A stretch of DNA of 64,000 bases from a virus (Duplodnaviria > Caudoviricetes), in IMG/VR virus record IMGVR_UViG_3300037067_007090, positions 23,831 to 87,830 of that record; one strand, written 5' to 3'. The notes under the pieces were generated by a model. It saw only the letters and a program-made list of their open reading frames with translations, ran no database searches and was not told the origin of the DNA. The number at the start of each line of letters is the position of its first letter. Positions within the stretch are counted from its first letter, which is position 1. Shown one piece after another: positions 36,985 through 46,027 of this stretch. The position numbers and the translations under genes are program-made.

Positions 36985-38508
36985 GGATCGAGTGAGATTT
37001 AATATCTCACTCTCATTTTTACGTTCGTACAGACTCCATGCTCCGGAAAAAACTTCTGTATATTCGTCATTTACCCTTTTTACAATATTTTTCTTCTCGA
37101 TGGAATCTAATCCAAACCAACCATCCGCTTTCCCCAAAGGTCCATCTGCGAGGATATATCTATTAGAATAGTTCATAATACACATATATTCTTCTTTGTA
37201 TGCCGGCAACGTACTTACAATTGTTCGGTTTGGATTCATTCTCTGTATAACTAATGGTGCGACGTAGCGGCAACTACTATTCGTAGAAAAATAGTACGGA
37301 GCCGATCCCGTATCGAGATACAAAAGTGTATTTTCTTTAGATAAATTAAACTTTATTTCAATTGCATTTGCATTTTCATTGAAATAATTGTTCATCTTCA
37401 ACTCCTGAACGCCGTAATTTTGTTCTAGACCCCAGATTGGTTGTGGACTATAAAGAATGCACCACATTGCGAATAGAACGAGGATTGATGCGGATACAAC
37501 ATTTTCGCGCTTAATTTTTTTAGTTATCCCTCTTTCCCTTGGTGTGTCTATCTCGTAAAGCACAATACCGACGATGGCAGGGAGAAGAAAAACGTAATAC
37601 TGGTACGCAAAACTCTCGCTTTGATAAAAAACCACAAATAACGGGGCTAAAAATGAAATTACAAACCATTTTGCGCGCGGATCGCGAATATGATTTTTTA
37701 ACCACACGCCACTGTATATAATTCCGATGCCAATACAGGGAATATATATACTCATCGAGATTACTGTTGCAATACCGGTTACTCCGATTTGCCCTATCCA
37801 ATCATATTCACCCACGTGACTTAAAATTGGAGCCATGAGAATGTCAGGGATAATTTGTGGCCATACAAAAATATCTGCCGCGAGGAATGCCAAACCCATT
37901 AATATGAAACCAATCACACCACGAATCAAATCTATATGTTTATTAAAAATCAATACGATACACACGGCGGAAACTATAAGGCACCCCGTTGTGCCTTTAA
38001 CCAACAATACCCAAATTAAAAGTGCGCCGGCGATATAGTGCCAAAGATTACTCTTCTCCACGAAGAGCGCGCATGAAATCATTGCGAAAATAATTGCTAA
38101 AAATTCAGCCTGTAAAATATTTAAATTGAGCGCGCAGAACATTCCGAAGAAGCAGAGGAGGAACGAGTATTTTACCTTTAATATATTTTTTGAAAATAAC
38201 CACGATGCAAAAATAACTAAAGCGACCGCAACACATTTAATTATCGGTTCCTGTAAGGCGTGATTTGAGAATGGGACAAAGATATTAGTAAACAACGCAA
38301 TGAGAAATTCACATATGTGATTCCCAACCGGTTTTATTTCCCAAAAACCGCCGTAAACATTTTGTGGGAATGATAGGTATTTTATCCCTAATTCCTCAAT
38401 TCCGTAAAAAATCCGAACGTCATTAGTAAGAGGCGAAAGTATAGAACCAACTGCCACTATTGGAAACATTATAAAATATAACAACTTCTCGAAAATCGTA
38501 AACGCCAT
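36976..38508 (-). CDS. polytopic membrane protein, possibly GT-C-fold glycosyltransferase
   Basis: many TM segments, acidic residues in the first loop (NDVRIF..IE), EIKP motif, soluble C-terminal domain. Confidence 0.55.
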   Translation of the reverse strand: MAFTIFEKLLYFIMFPIVAVGSILSPLTNDVRIFYGIEELGIKYLSFPQNVYGGFWEIKPVGNHICEFLIALFTNIFVPFSNHALQEPIIKCVAVALVIFASWLFSKNILKVKYSFLLCFFGMFCALNLNILQAEFLAIIFAMISCALFVEKSNLWHYIAGALLIWVLLVKGTTGCLIVSAVCIVLIFNKHIDLIRGVIGFILMGLAFLAADIFVWPQIIPDILMAPILSHVGEYDWIGQIGVTGIATVISMSIYIPCIGIGIIYSGVWLKNHIRDPRAKWFVISFLAPLFVVFYQSESFAYQYYVFLLPAIVGIVLYEIDTPRERGITKKIKRENVVSASILVLFAMWCILYSPQPIWGLEQNYGVQELKMNNYFNENANAIEIKFNLSKENTLLYLDTGSAPYYFSTNSSCRYVAPLVIQRMNPNRTIVSTLPAYKEEYMCIMNYSNRYILADGPLGKADGWFGLDSIEKKNIVKRVNDEYTEVFSGAWSLYERKNESEILNLTRSIQ

Positions 38509-38559
38509 TATTTAGTATGTGTTCGGAAAGTATTTATAGGTTTGCGACAATATACTATT

Positions 38560-38928
38560 ATGAAGATTTGGAAAGTTGTTTTGGTATTGATAGCAGTGCT
38601 ACTGTTTTGTGGAGTTGTATCCGCGTGTGATTCTTCATACACAAATTATGGAAATGGGGTATTGTATTTTCATAAAGCGTTTGGATATACGCCACAAATT
38701 GGATGTAATTATCTAGAAGCAGGTGCAAGTATGTCGCAATATCTTGCAGATCATCCAGAGAAACATATTGTATCTATTGTCCCCGATGCATATATTGGAT
38801 ACGGGTTGACCGGTGGATTTTATGTTATTGTAGAAAATAAAAGTGTTGGTAAGATGGATTGCGAACCCAATAGTGCATTGGGGGGATTTGGAACCACGGT
38901 TTTTAATTATACTTGTATAGAGGAGTAA
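38560..38928 (+). CDS. secreted hypothetical protein
   Basis: signal peptide MKIWKVVLVLIAVLLFCGVVSA. Confidence 0.65.
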   Translation: MKIWKVVLVLIAVLLFCGVVSACDSSYTNYGNGVLYFHKAFGYTPQIGCNYLEAGASMSQYLADHPEKHIVSIVPDAYIGYGLTGGFYVIVENKSVGKMDCEPNSALGGFGTTVFNYTCIEE

Positions 38929-38933
38929 TTAAT

Positions 38934-39287
38934 ATGCCATCCGGAAACGAAACAATATTAGTAATACTGGTGTTATTGATTGGTGGAGCGATTGGTGCAT
39001 ACGCAATTATGTATCAATCAACACCAACATCCACAGCACCAATGAATATAACCATCGTAGAAAAATATTCTGTCCATTCGTATCAAGAACAATGTGGTGG
39101 CGGCAAAGCAGCAGGTATGAAATGTACTTACACAGACCCACCAAAAATTATCGATGATAAAGGGGACTTGTATATAGTGCAGAATGAAGACGACTGGGCT
39201 AAAATGCAGATAAACAAAACGTATAATGTGCAATATGCAAGTTATCCAAACGTGCAGAAGGGAAAGATTGTTGGGATTAATTATTAA
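38934..39287 (+). CDS. membrane-anchored hypothetical protein
   Basis: GAGGAG RBS; N-terminal TM segment. Confidence 0.65.
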   Translation: MPSGNETILVILVLLIGGAIGAYAIMYQSTPTSTAPMNITIVEKYSVHSYQEQCGGGKAAGMKCTYTDPPKIIDDKGDLYIVQNEDDWAKMQINKTYNVQYASYPNVQKGKIVGINY

Positions 39288-39585
39288 AAACCCCACCGAC
39301 TTCACCCTAGGCATCCTACTCGCTCTAGTCTTTGCACTAGACATTGCCACAACCCAGAGATTTGCCTTTCAACCGGAATTGGGTTTGAAGGAAACCCTAT
39401 AATGCGCGCGGTCGTGGATAATTCGTTGTTGATAATTGCTGCAAAAGGCGTGGCATTAGGTTTAACTATTTACATTGTGAATAAGTTTAAAGATCATTTT
39501 CCTAGTTGGATCGGTCACTTTGGAATGTCGTGGTTATTGGAATTACTTGGGTGCGGTCATAAATAATTTGTTGGTGATTTTTTAG
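39271..39585 (+). pseudogene. frameshifted DUF5658-like membrane protein gene
   Basis: segments ...LALVFALDIATT / TGIGFEGNPIM...IIAAKGVAL / GITW-GAVINNLLVIF* lie in different frames. Confidence 0.5.
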
Positions 39586-39657
39586 GACAAATTGTAAATT
39601 GGGTTTCCAATCCGCCCAACCAAAACCTTTATCATCTTTCAAAACGTATATGATAAG

Positions 39658-39879
39658 ATGAATCATAAAACAAAAGGAAACGATACTCTCCGCCAACGGT
39701 TAAAATTATTTTTAAATAAAATACCTAGTGGGAAAGAAATCGAAACAAATCACTTGGTCATGGAACTTTCAAAACTCAATAAGAATTATTCTTTGAATTC
39801 AGCGCGCGTAACTAATCTTTTAAAAGAAAACCGAGAAGTCGTTAGATTTATTAGATCTGGGATTTGGTTGAAACTATAA
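39658..39879 (+). CDS. small basic winged-helix-like protein
   Basis: 73 aa, basic, ends VVRFIRSGIWLKL. Confidence 0.5.
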   Translation: MNHKTKGNDTLRQRLKLFLNKIPSGKEIETNHLVMELSKLNKNYSLNSARVTNLLKENREVVRFIRSGIWLKL

Positions 39880-39941
39880 AATTTAACCTTCAACCGAAAA
39901 GTATAAGTAATTATGAGTTTATATAAAAAGTGGGAATTTAT

Positions 39942-40673
39942 ATGAAGTCAAAATACATTATGATTTTTATAGCATTGCTTGTTAGTGCTATCTGTATTGC
40001 TGGATGTATAAATAATACTCCTACACCAACTGTAGTAACTGTTAAAGAAATCGGGCAACCTGCTCTACTATATTCATATCCAACTACAATACCCACGGTG
40101 CCCACCCCTGCTCCTATAATAAAATCTGTTTCTGGATATTCGTCGCGTGGAACAAGCGAAGTAATTATACCCGGGAGTGATAAACATCTTTTTTATCCAA
40201 ATTCGTGGACTGTAAAAACCATAAGCGGTTCACAAATGAAGTCTGCTACTTCCGATGGGTCAACATCTAACCTTCAATTAACAGATGCGATTTATATTAT
40301 TTCGCCATCAAAATCTACAATAGTAGCAGGAGAAGGTGTGGATATAAGTACAATGATATTTGGATCTTCTCAATTTATTTCCATATTAGATAAGGGATAT
40401 ATTACCGATGACGAACTTGACGAAAATTCGCTAATTGATTCTTATGAGAAAGATGGATATACAAATGTTCAATTTGATCCAACATATTACAAAATAAATG
40501 GAAACCCCGCGCGGTCGATGTCTTTTGATTCTTCGAAGGATAATACACATGTATCTGCGTATATCATAGTATCTGATTCGAAAATGGGGTATGTTACTAT
40601 GATAATTTATAATGCAAATTCTCCCAGTGGAGAAGTAAGTCAAGGGTATCAAATAATTCAATCGTTTGTATAA
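39942..40673 (+). CDS. lipoprotein with PsbP/Mog1-like domain
   Basis: lipobox ICIAGC, PT-rich linker, LFYPNSW...INGNPARSMSF. Confidence 0.65.
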   Translation: MKSKYIMIFIALLVSAICIAGCINNTPTPTVVTVKEIGQPALLYSYPTTIPTVPTPAPIIKSVSGYSSRGTSEVIIPGSDKHLFYPNSWTVKTISGSQMKSATSDGSTSNLQLTDAIYIISPSKSTIVAGEGVDISTMIFGSSQFISILDKGYITDDELDENSLIDSYEKDGYTNVQFDPTYYKINGNPARSMSFDSSKDNTHVSAYIIVSDSKMGYVTMIIYNANSPSGEVSQGYQIIQSFV

Positions 40674-40738
40674 ATTTATAATTTATCAACATTTTTGTAA
40701 TAGAAACCTTTAACTACTATAACACACTATACATTTTT

Positions 40739-41203
40739 ATGCGCGTTAAAATTATATTAATCGCAACACTTGTTGTTATAAGTGCGTTAGTATGTTCGGT
40801 CGGCGCAATGCCCGATCCAAATAAATATGCTCCTGTTGTCATTAATAACGGAGATGGAACCGGCTCTCTATACATCCAAGCAATGTGTGGGCATACACTA
40901 ATAACTAAAGATGTTATTATTCAAGAAGTTGTTCTGAAAGATGAAAAATATAATCTGGGAACAATGAACGCTCTTATTCAAAAAGATAATCTTAATCTAT
41001 ATAACCCGGTTGGAGAAAATAAAACCATTGAACTAGATGCCAATGGAAAGTATGATGCATTTTTTAAACCCGGTATATATGCATTAACATTCTTAAATGA
41101 ACAAGCAGCCGGGAATGAATATGCTATTGCACAAGTTAATGCGAACTACAAAACGCAGATAAACTTTGCTGGGCATGGAGTTACGAAAGCGGATGAAAAT
41201 TAA
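40739..41203 (+). CDS. secreted hypothetical protein
   Basis: signal peptide; own BRE/TATA (AGAAACCTTTAACTA). Confidence 0.65.
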   Translation: MRVKIILIATLVVISALVCSVGAMPDPNKYAPVVINNGDGTGSLYIQAMCGHTLITKDVIIQEVVLKDEKYNLGTMNALIQKDNLNLYNPVGENKTIELDANGKYDAFFKPGIYALTFLNEQAAGNEYAIAQVNANYKTQINFAGHGVTKADEN

Positions 41204-41269
41204 AAATTAATTATTATTAACTTTTTTATTACCAAAAGATATAAATATTATTAAAGTTTATTATTATAT

Positions 41270-41362
41270 ACCGTTGTTGAAACGGGTTTGGTTGGGTAAG
41301 GTTTGTTTTGGTGCGGCAATGCCGGGCAAGGTATGTTACGGTTGGGTCGGTTTTGGTAAGGA
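41270..41362 (+). ncRNA. hairpin + GGY-NN pentamer array (16 units); putative guide-like RNA
   Basis: TATA-like AAAAGATATAAATA ~41234-41247; hairpin CCGTT-GTTGA-AACGG 41271-41285; units from 41285: GGTTT GGTTG GGTAA GGTTT GTTTT GGTGC GGCAA TGCCG GGCAA GGTAT GTTAC GGTTG GGTCG GTTTT GGTAA GGA. Confidence 0.7.
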
Positions 41363-41363
41363 A

Positions 41364-42470
41364 TTAAAACTTGGGTGAATTTTCCACCCAAGTTATTCTT
41401 CTATTCATCAAAAAATTCCAAATATATCCGATTACTATTCCTATAGCATTTCCTATTAAATAGTTTATTCCTACGAATGTTAGTGCCACCAAAACAGTAA
41501 CATTTATTATCATTGATCCAATACAGATTGAATTATAACTAAACATTCTGTGAAGGAATGATTTTTGGCATTTTGCTCCTTTAAATGTAAAATTATCATT
41601 CATTAAAAAATTTGTTATAATACTTATTTCTATCGCTAGGAAACTTGCAAAAACCAAAGGCGTATTAAAAACTTCTTTGAACACGGACAAACAAATCATA
41701 TTTGTTGCCACTCCGATAAGACCAACGATCCCAAATTTTACCATCTTTCTTAATTCTTCTCTTCCACGTCCGGGGAACAATGCATTATCAATAAATTGTT
41801 TTGCGAATTGAATAATTGTGGATTTCTTTAATTTGCTTTCACCCACTTTTCTGTTTGTGAAAACATACGGTAATTCTTTCACTATAGTCCAATGGCATTT
41901 TGAAAGAATCTCCAATAAGATTTTATATCCACACCGTGGGTTTAATGAAGGTGTGTGCATTATTAAATCCTTTTTTGCTCCGAAGAATCCGGAAATTGGA
42001 TCGGTAATTTTCGGGAAAAGGAGGCGACCGAGGAATGTTGCCCCGAAAGAAATAACACGACGTTTTAAAGGCCAGTCTTTGATACCACCATTTGGCATAT
42101 ATCTTGACCCAATTGCGATATCTACATTATTGTTTTTTATTTCATTGAACATTGCAGGAATAATTTCTATTGAGTGCGATAAATCTGCGTCCGTCACTAC
42201 CACCACGTTTCCGCGCGCTTTATTTATTCCGGCAATAACAGATTGGGAAAGTCCCGGATCTTTTGTGCGCGTTATTAAAACCACGGGATACTTCCTAATG
42301 ATAAGATCGGTAACAATAAGTTGTGTCTTATCCGTGGAAGAATCATCGACAACGATTATTTCAAAAGTTATAGTGGTGAGACGAAGAGTATGAGAAATTT
42401 TTTGTATTGTGTTTTGAATGTTTTCTTCTTCGTTGTAAGTGGGGATGATTATAGAAAGAGATGGACGCAT
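41364..42470 (-). CDS. polyprenol-phosphate glycosyltransferase (DPM1-like GT2) fused to GtrA-like flippase domain
   Basis: IIIPTYNEEEN, VVDDSSTD, VTDADLSH, IGSRY, DPISGFF; C-terminal KFGIVGLIGVATN...NF..N..ITW. Confidence 0.9.
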   Translation of the reverse strand: MRPSLSIIIPTYNEEENIQNTIQKISHTLRLTTITFEIIVVDDSSTDKTQLIVTDLIIRKYPVVLITRTKDPGLSQSVIAGINKARGNVVVVTDADLSHSIEIIPAMFNEIKNNNVDIAIGSRYMPNGGIKDWPLKRRVISFGATFLGRLLFPKITDPISGFFGAKKDLIMHTPSLNPRCGYKILLEILSKCHWTIVKELPYVFTNRKVGESKLKKSTIIQFAKQFIDNALFPGRGREELRKMVKFGIVGLIGVATNMICLSVFKEVFNTPLVFASFLAIEISIITNFLMNDNFTFKGAKCQKSFLHRMFSYNSICIGSMIINVTVLVALTFVGINYLIGNAIGIVIGYIWNFLMNRRITWVENSPKF

Positions 42471-42539
42471 GATATATAAAGGTTATTAAGATGTAGTATA
42501 AAATAGTTTCGTCTGGAAATTTATAAAACAGATTGGTGG

Positions 42540-42722
42540 TTATCTTCGTGTTGCGCGGCGAGATCCTCTTATAGTTTTTGTTAAATGCCCCGACCTTCCT
42601 CCAAAACCGTGTTTGCTTCTTTTTTGAATAGAAACTAATTGTGATTTACCTATCTTCCCGGTTTTGTTGAATGCTCTTGTATTTATTCTTTCAACCTTTA
42701 TATTTTTGCCTTTTGTCGTCAA
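42540..42722 (-). CDS. small very basic protein
   Basis: 60 aa, K/R/G-rich; TTG start with GGTGA RBS. Confidence 0.5.
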   Translation of the reverse strand: MTTKGKNIKVERINTRAFNKTGKIGKSQLVSIQKRSKHGFGGRSGHLTKTIRGSRRATRR

Positions 42723-42796
42723 GATGTTTCACCTTTATTATTTTATTATAATGACATTATCATATTTAAACCTTTCTATTCATTTAGTATACTTTG

Positions 42797-42824
42797 AATT
42801 AGTCTAATTTGGATTAGACTAATT
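42797..42824. promoter_or_regulatory. perfect 12-bp inverted repeat between divergent promoters
   Basis: AATTAGTCTAAT-TTGG-ATTAGACTAATT. Confidence 0.5.
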
Positions 42825-42876
42825 AAAAATACGGTGAAGAATAAGTTTTAAATACTTATAAGTCATACAATAGTAT

Positions 42877-43228
42877 AGCCAAGAGTTACAAAATCAATAC
42901 GAATGTGAGGTCAGCGAATTTTCGAAACCTCCAACATTCTTATGGTTAGAACTTTTGAGCTAATGTACAGAAGTCCGACTAATCATCTCTCATGCTTTGC
43001 TTTCCGCACAGGAATAAGTTTGGCGGATACTTACCAACAACCGCCATAAAACAATCGTCTAATATTGACATTTGTGAAAATAGTTTGTGTAAAAGACCGG
43101 CGCAATAAAATAATGCGCCGGTCAAAATGCAACCAAGATAACCCCTCGTGGCAGATCGTTGCGGGTTCAACACCCGCTGGTTGCTTTTGGTTAAAACAAT
43201 GGAGTGTACAAAGACTCTCGTTTTGGCC
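42877..43228 (+). ncRNA. unidentified structured RNA (~350 nt) containing a truncated tRNA-like element
   Basis: TATA TTTTAAATA ~42846-42854; stacked hairpins (GAATGT/ACATTC, ATGGTTAG/CTAATCAT, TGGCGG/CCGCCA, GACCGGCGCA/TGCGCCGGTC); 5'-3' end pairing; acceptor GCAACCA/TGGTTGC with T-arm GCGGG-TTCAACA-CCCGC at 43129-43185. Confidence 0.6.
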
Positions 43229-43242
43229 AGAATATATTTTTC

Positions 43243-43319
43243 GGGCCTGTAGCTCAGTCCGGTTAGAGCGCCCGGCTCATAACCGGGAGATTTCATCGGT
43301 TCAAATCCGATCTGGCCCA
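43243..43319 (+). tRNA. tRNA anticodon CAT, resembling archaeal tRNA-Ile2
   Basis: GGGCCTG acceptor (one U-U mismatch), CCCGG-CTCATAA-CCGGG, ATCGG-TTCAAAT-CCGAT, A73. Confidence 0.85.
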
Positions 43320-43365
43320 CTAATCGAAACATATATAACTCATCACAACCAATACGTATATAGAT

Positions 43366-44478
43366 ATGAAAATTCTTCTCGTTTCTTCTCAAGATTACAT
43401 TCACCATCCAGTTCCAAGCCGTCATCATTATATTTTTGAAGAACTGGCAACACGTCATGAAATACACGTCGCGCATTTTCACGTAAGTAATAACAACGAC
43501 CGCGCGACCCTTCTTATTCCTGAAGAAGTTACAATGTTTAATATCAAGTCCCCATTTTTGCATTACACATTAAACGCGCCATATCATTTTTATAAATTTG
43601 ATGCAATACTACATCACGAACATTATGATGCCGTGGTTGTAGCAAACATTCTCGCGGGCACAGCAGTGATCTGCGCGGCCAACAAATATAAGGTTCCCGT
43701 GGTTTTTGATTTAAAAGATTGGTTCCCGGACAGCGCGGCAATGTATATAAAAAATAATATTCTCAAGGAAGTCGTGCGCATGTCGGTTCTGGACATTACA
43801 AAATATAATCTTGAACGTAGTAATAAAATTGTCACGGTTTCCCCCTCACTGGTTAAAAAGTTAAATGCGCTGGGATTCGAATCGGAACTTATTACAAACG
43901 GAGTGGATACCTCCATTTTTAAACCGATGCCAAAAACAAATGATAATGATTTCGTCATCGGGTTTGTAGGGAGTGTTGAACGTTGGTATGGTCTTGATGA
44001 AATAATTAAGGCTATGCCCAAATTGCTTAAATATAATCCTAATATGAAATTGCTCATTGTCGGGGATTCATTATTTACTGAATATGGGAAGGAATTAAAA
44101 TCTTTAGTTAATAATTTAAATTTATTTGATAATGTTATTTTTACCGGGTTGAAACCTTACAATGAATTGCCACATTATATTTCTATGATGGATGTTTGTG
44201 CTATCCCCCCTATACCTCCACAGTGGAGAAACATTGCGTTACCAAATAAATTTTTTGAATATACCGCATGTGGGAAACCAATTATCACAACGCCAATCCC
44301 CGATATGATTGCAATGGGAACAGATAATTTGTTTGTTTATAAAAATATAGGAGAATATGTTGAAAAGATTAAATATATAGAAAATAACAAACCAAAAGTT
44401 TTAAATAATATAGAAAACTTTGATTGGAAAAACAGGGCGAAAGATTTTGAGAAATTGATAAAGGAAGTAACATTATGA
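43366..44478 (+). CDS. glycosyltransferase family 4
   Basis: GFVGSVERWYG, DVCAIPP...ALPNKFFEY.ACGKPII. Confidence 0.9.
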   Translation: MKILLVSSQDYIHHPVPSRHHYIFEELATRHEIHVAHFHVSNNNDRATLLIPEEVTMFNIKSPFLHYTLNAPYHFYKFDAILHHEHYDAVVVANILAGTAVICAANKYKVPVVFDLKDWFPDSAAMYIKNNILKEVVRMSVLDITKYNLERSNKIVTVSPSLVKKLNALGFESELITNGVDTSIFKPMPKTNDNDFVIGFVGSVERWYGLDEIIKAMPKLLKYNPNMKLLIVGDSLFTEYGKELKSLVNNLNLFDNVIFTGLKPYNELPHYISMMDVCAIPPIPPQWRNIALPNKFFEYTACGKPIITTPIPDMIAMGTDNLFVYKNIGEYVEKIKYIENNKPKVLNNIENFDWKNRAKDFEKLIKEVTL

Positions 44479-44951
44479 TTATTGGAGAAAATTCACTTAT
44501 TAGATCCGGGGCTATAATATATGATGATGTAAAGATTGGAGATAATTTTGTTACTGGTCATAACGTTTTGATACGGGAACATACAACTATCGGAAATAAT
44601 GTTAAAGTTGGTTCTTCAAGTATTATTGAAGGAAATTGTTATCTTGGTAATGATATCAATATTCAAAGCATGGTTTTTATTCCAACAAAAACCGCTATTG
44701 GTGATAATGTATTTATCGGGCCATGTGTGACAATGACGAACGATAAATACCCCCCCTCCAAATATTTGGGTGGTCCGTCAATCATGGACGGTGTGGTCAT
44801 TGGAGCGTGCGCGATTATTCTTCCGGGTGTAAAATTGGGGAAGGGGTGTTTTGTAGCAGCGGGTTCGCTTGTGACAAAGAATGTTCCAGCAGGTAAAATG
44901 GCAATCGGTTATCCTGCGAGAATAGTTGATAAGCCGATGGTGATGAAATGA
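44475..44951 (+). CDS. hexapeptide-repeat N-acetyltransferase (WbpD-like)
   Basis: IGxN repeats, FIGPCVTMTND, GAxAIILPGV, IGYPAR. Confidence 0.85.
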   Translation: MIIGENSLIRSGAIIYDDVKIGDNFVTGHNVLIREHTTIGNNVKVGSSSIIEGNCYLGNDINIQSMVFIPTKTAIGDNVFIGPCVTMTNDKYPPSKYLGGPSIMDGVVIGACAIILPGVKLGKGCFVAAGSLVTKNVPAGKMAIGYPARIVDKPMVMK

Positions 44952-46027
44952 TACGTATGGCACATCCAATTATTGGTGATGAAGAAACAGAAGCGGCATT
45001 GAATGTCTTAAAATCGGGCAACCTTGCGCAGGGGAAGAAAGTAAAAGAATTTGAAGAGAAGTATTCCGATTACTGTGGTGTAAAATATTCCGTGGCTGTA
45101 AACAGTGGCACGGCTGCACTTCATGCTGCGTTATCTTCGATAGGTATTGGAAAGGGTGATGAAGTTATAGTCCCCGCATTTTCTTTTATTGCAACAGCAA
45201 GTGCAGTTTCGATGTGCGGCGCAACTCCGGTATTCGCAGATATCGAATCAGATTATTTTACAATCGATCTGGCGAATGTAGAAAATTTGATTTCGGATTC
45301 TACGAAGGCAATCATTGGTGTCCATTTATTCGGGCAACCGTTTGATATTAAAAGAATTTTAAATTTTGGTATTTCCTTGATTGAAGATGCAGCGCAAGCG
45401 CATGGTTCAACCTATCACGGCAAACCGGTTGGCGGTTTCGGTCAGGCTGGTTGTTTTAGTTTTTATGCAACAAAAAATATGACAACCGGGGAAGGTGGGA
45501 TGGTTACGACAAATTTAATCGAAATAAATAATAATGTTCGTCGTTTCATTAATCATGGGCAGAGTGAGAAGTATCTTCACACTTCACTCGGTTATAATTA
45601 TCGTATGACCGATATTGCTGCTTCGATAGGTATTGCACAATTGGAGAAGTTGAATTTATTTAACGCGCGACGGATTTGTAATGCAAATTATTACGATGAA
45701 CATTTGAAAGCGCACGGGGTAATATTACCGAAGCGTCGTGATTATTGTAAACACGTTTTTCATCAGTATGTTATACGGATAACTGATGATTGCCCGATTA
45801 CAAGAAGTGAAATTATTAACATATTAAAACAAAAGGGTATTGATACGGCGATTCATTATCCCATTTCGATCAATAAACAACCAATGTATAAAAATATGAA
45901 TGTTGAATGTCCGGTTGCGGAAAAAATAAGTGGTGAGATATTGAGTATACCGGTTCATCCTTCGTTGACAACGGACGATTTAAAATATGTTTGTGATACA
46001 ATAAATGGGGTTGTAGAAAATGCTTAA
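44948..46027 (+). CDS. DegT/DnrJ/StrS sugar aminotransferase (WbpE-like)
   Basis: VNSGTAALH, IEDAAQAHG, SFYATKNMTTGEGG (PLP Lys), GYNYRM. Confidence 0.92.
   Translation: MIRMAHPIIGDEETEAALNVLKSGNLAQGKKVKEFEEKYSDYCGVKYSVAVNSGTAALHAALSSIGIGKGDEVIVPAFSFIATASAVSMCGATPVFADIESDYFTIDLANVENLISDSTKAIIGVHLFGQPFDIKRILNFGISLIEDAAQAHGSTYHGKPVGGFGQAGCFSFYATKNMTTGEGGMVTTNLIEINNNVRRFINHGQSEKYLHTSLGYNYRMTDIAASIGIAQLEKLNLFNARRICNANYYDEHLKAHGVILPKRRDYCKHVFHQYVIRITDDCPITRSEIINILKQKGIDTAIHYPISINKQPMYKNMNVECPVAEKISGEILSIPVHPSLTTDDLKYVCDTINGVVENA

Noticed and set aside
41818-42393. 191-aa plus-strand ORF and similar long antisense ORFs (e.g. 43623-44057, 25882-26325, 23257-23667)
   Set aside because: They lie opposite well-supported genes and lack RBS or family motifs; treated as shadow ORFs.
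42877-43228. RNase P or SRP RNA identity
   Set aside because: CAGAAGTCCG only loosely resembles RNase P CR-I and no complementary P4/CR-V strand was found; no SRP helix-8 motif.
42979-43563. 194-aa minus-strand ORF
   Set aside because: Antisense shadow across the structured RNA, tRNA(CAT) and GT4 start; its 'GFEPMKSPGYEPGALTGLSY' is the typical translation of a tRNA reverse complement.
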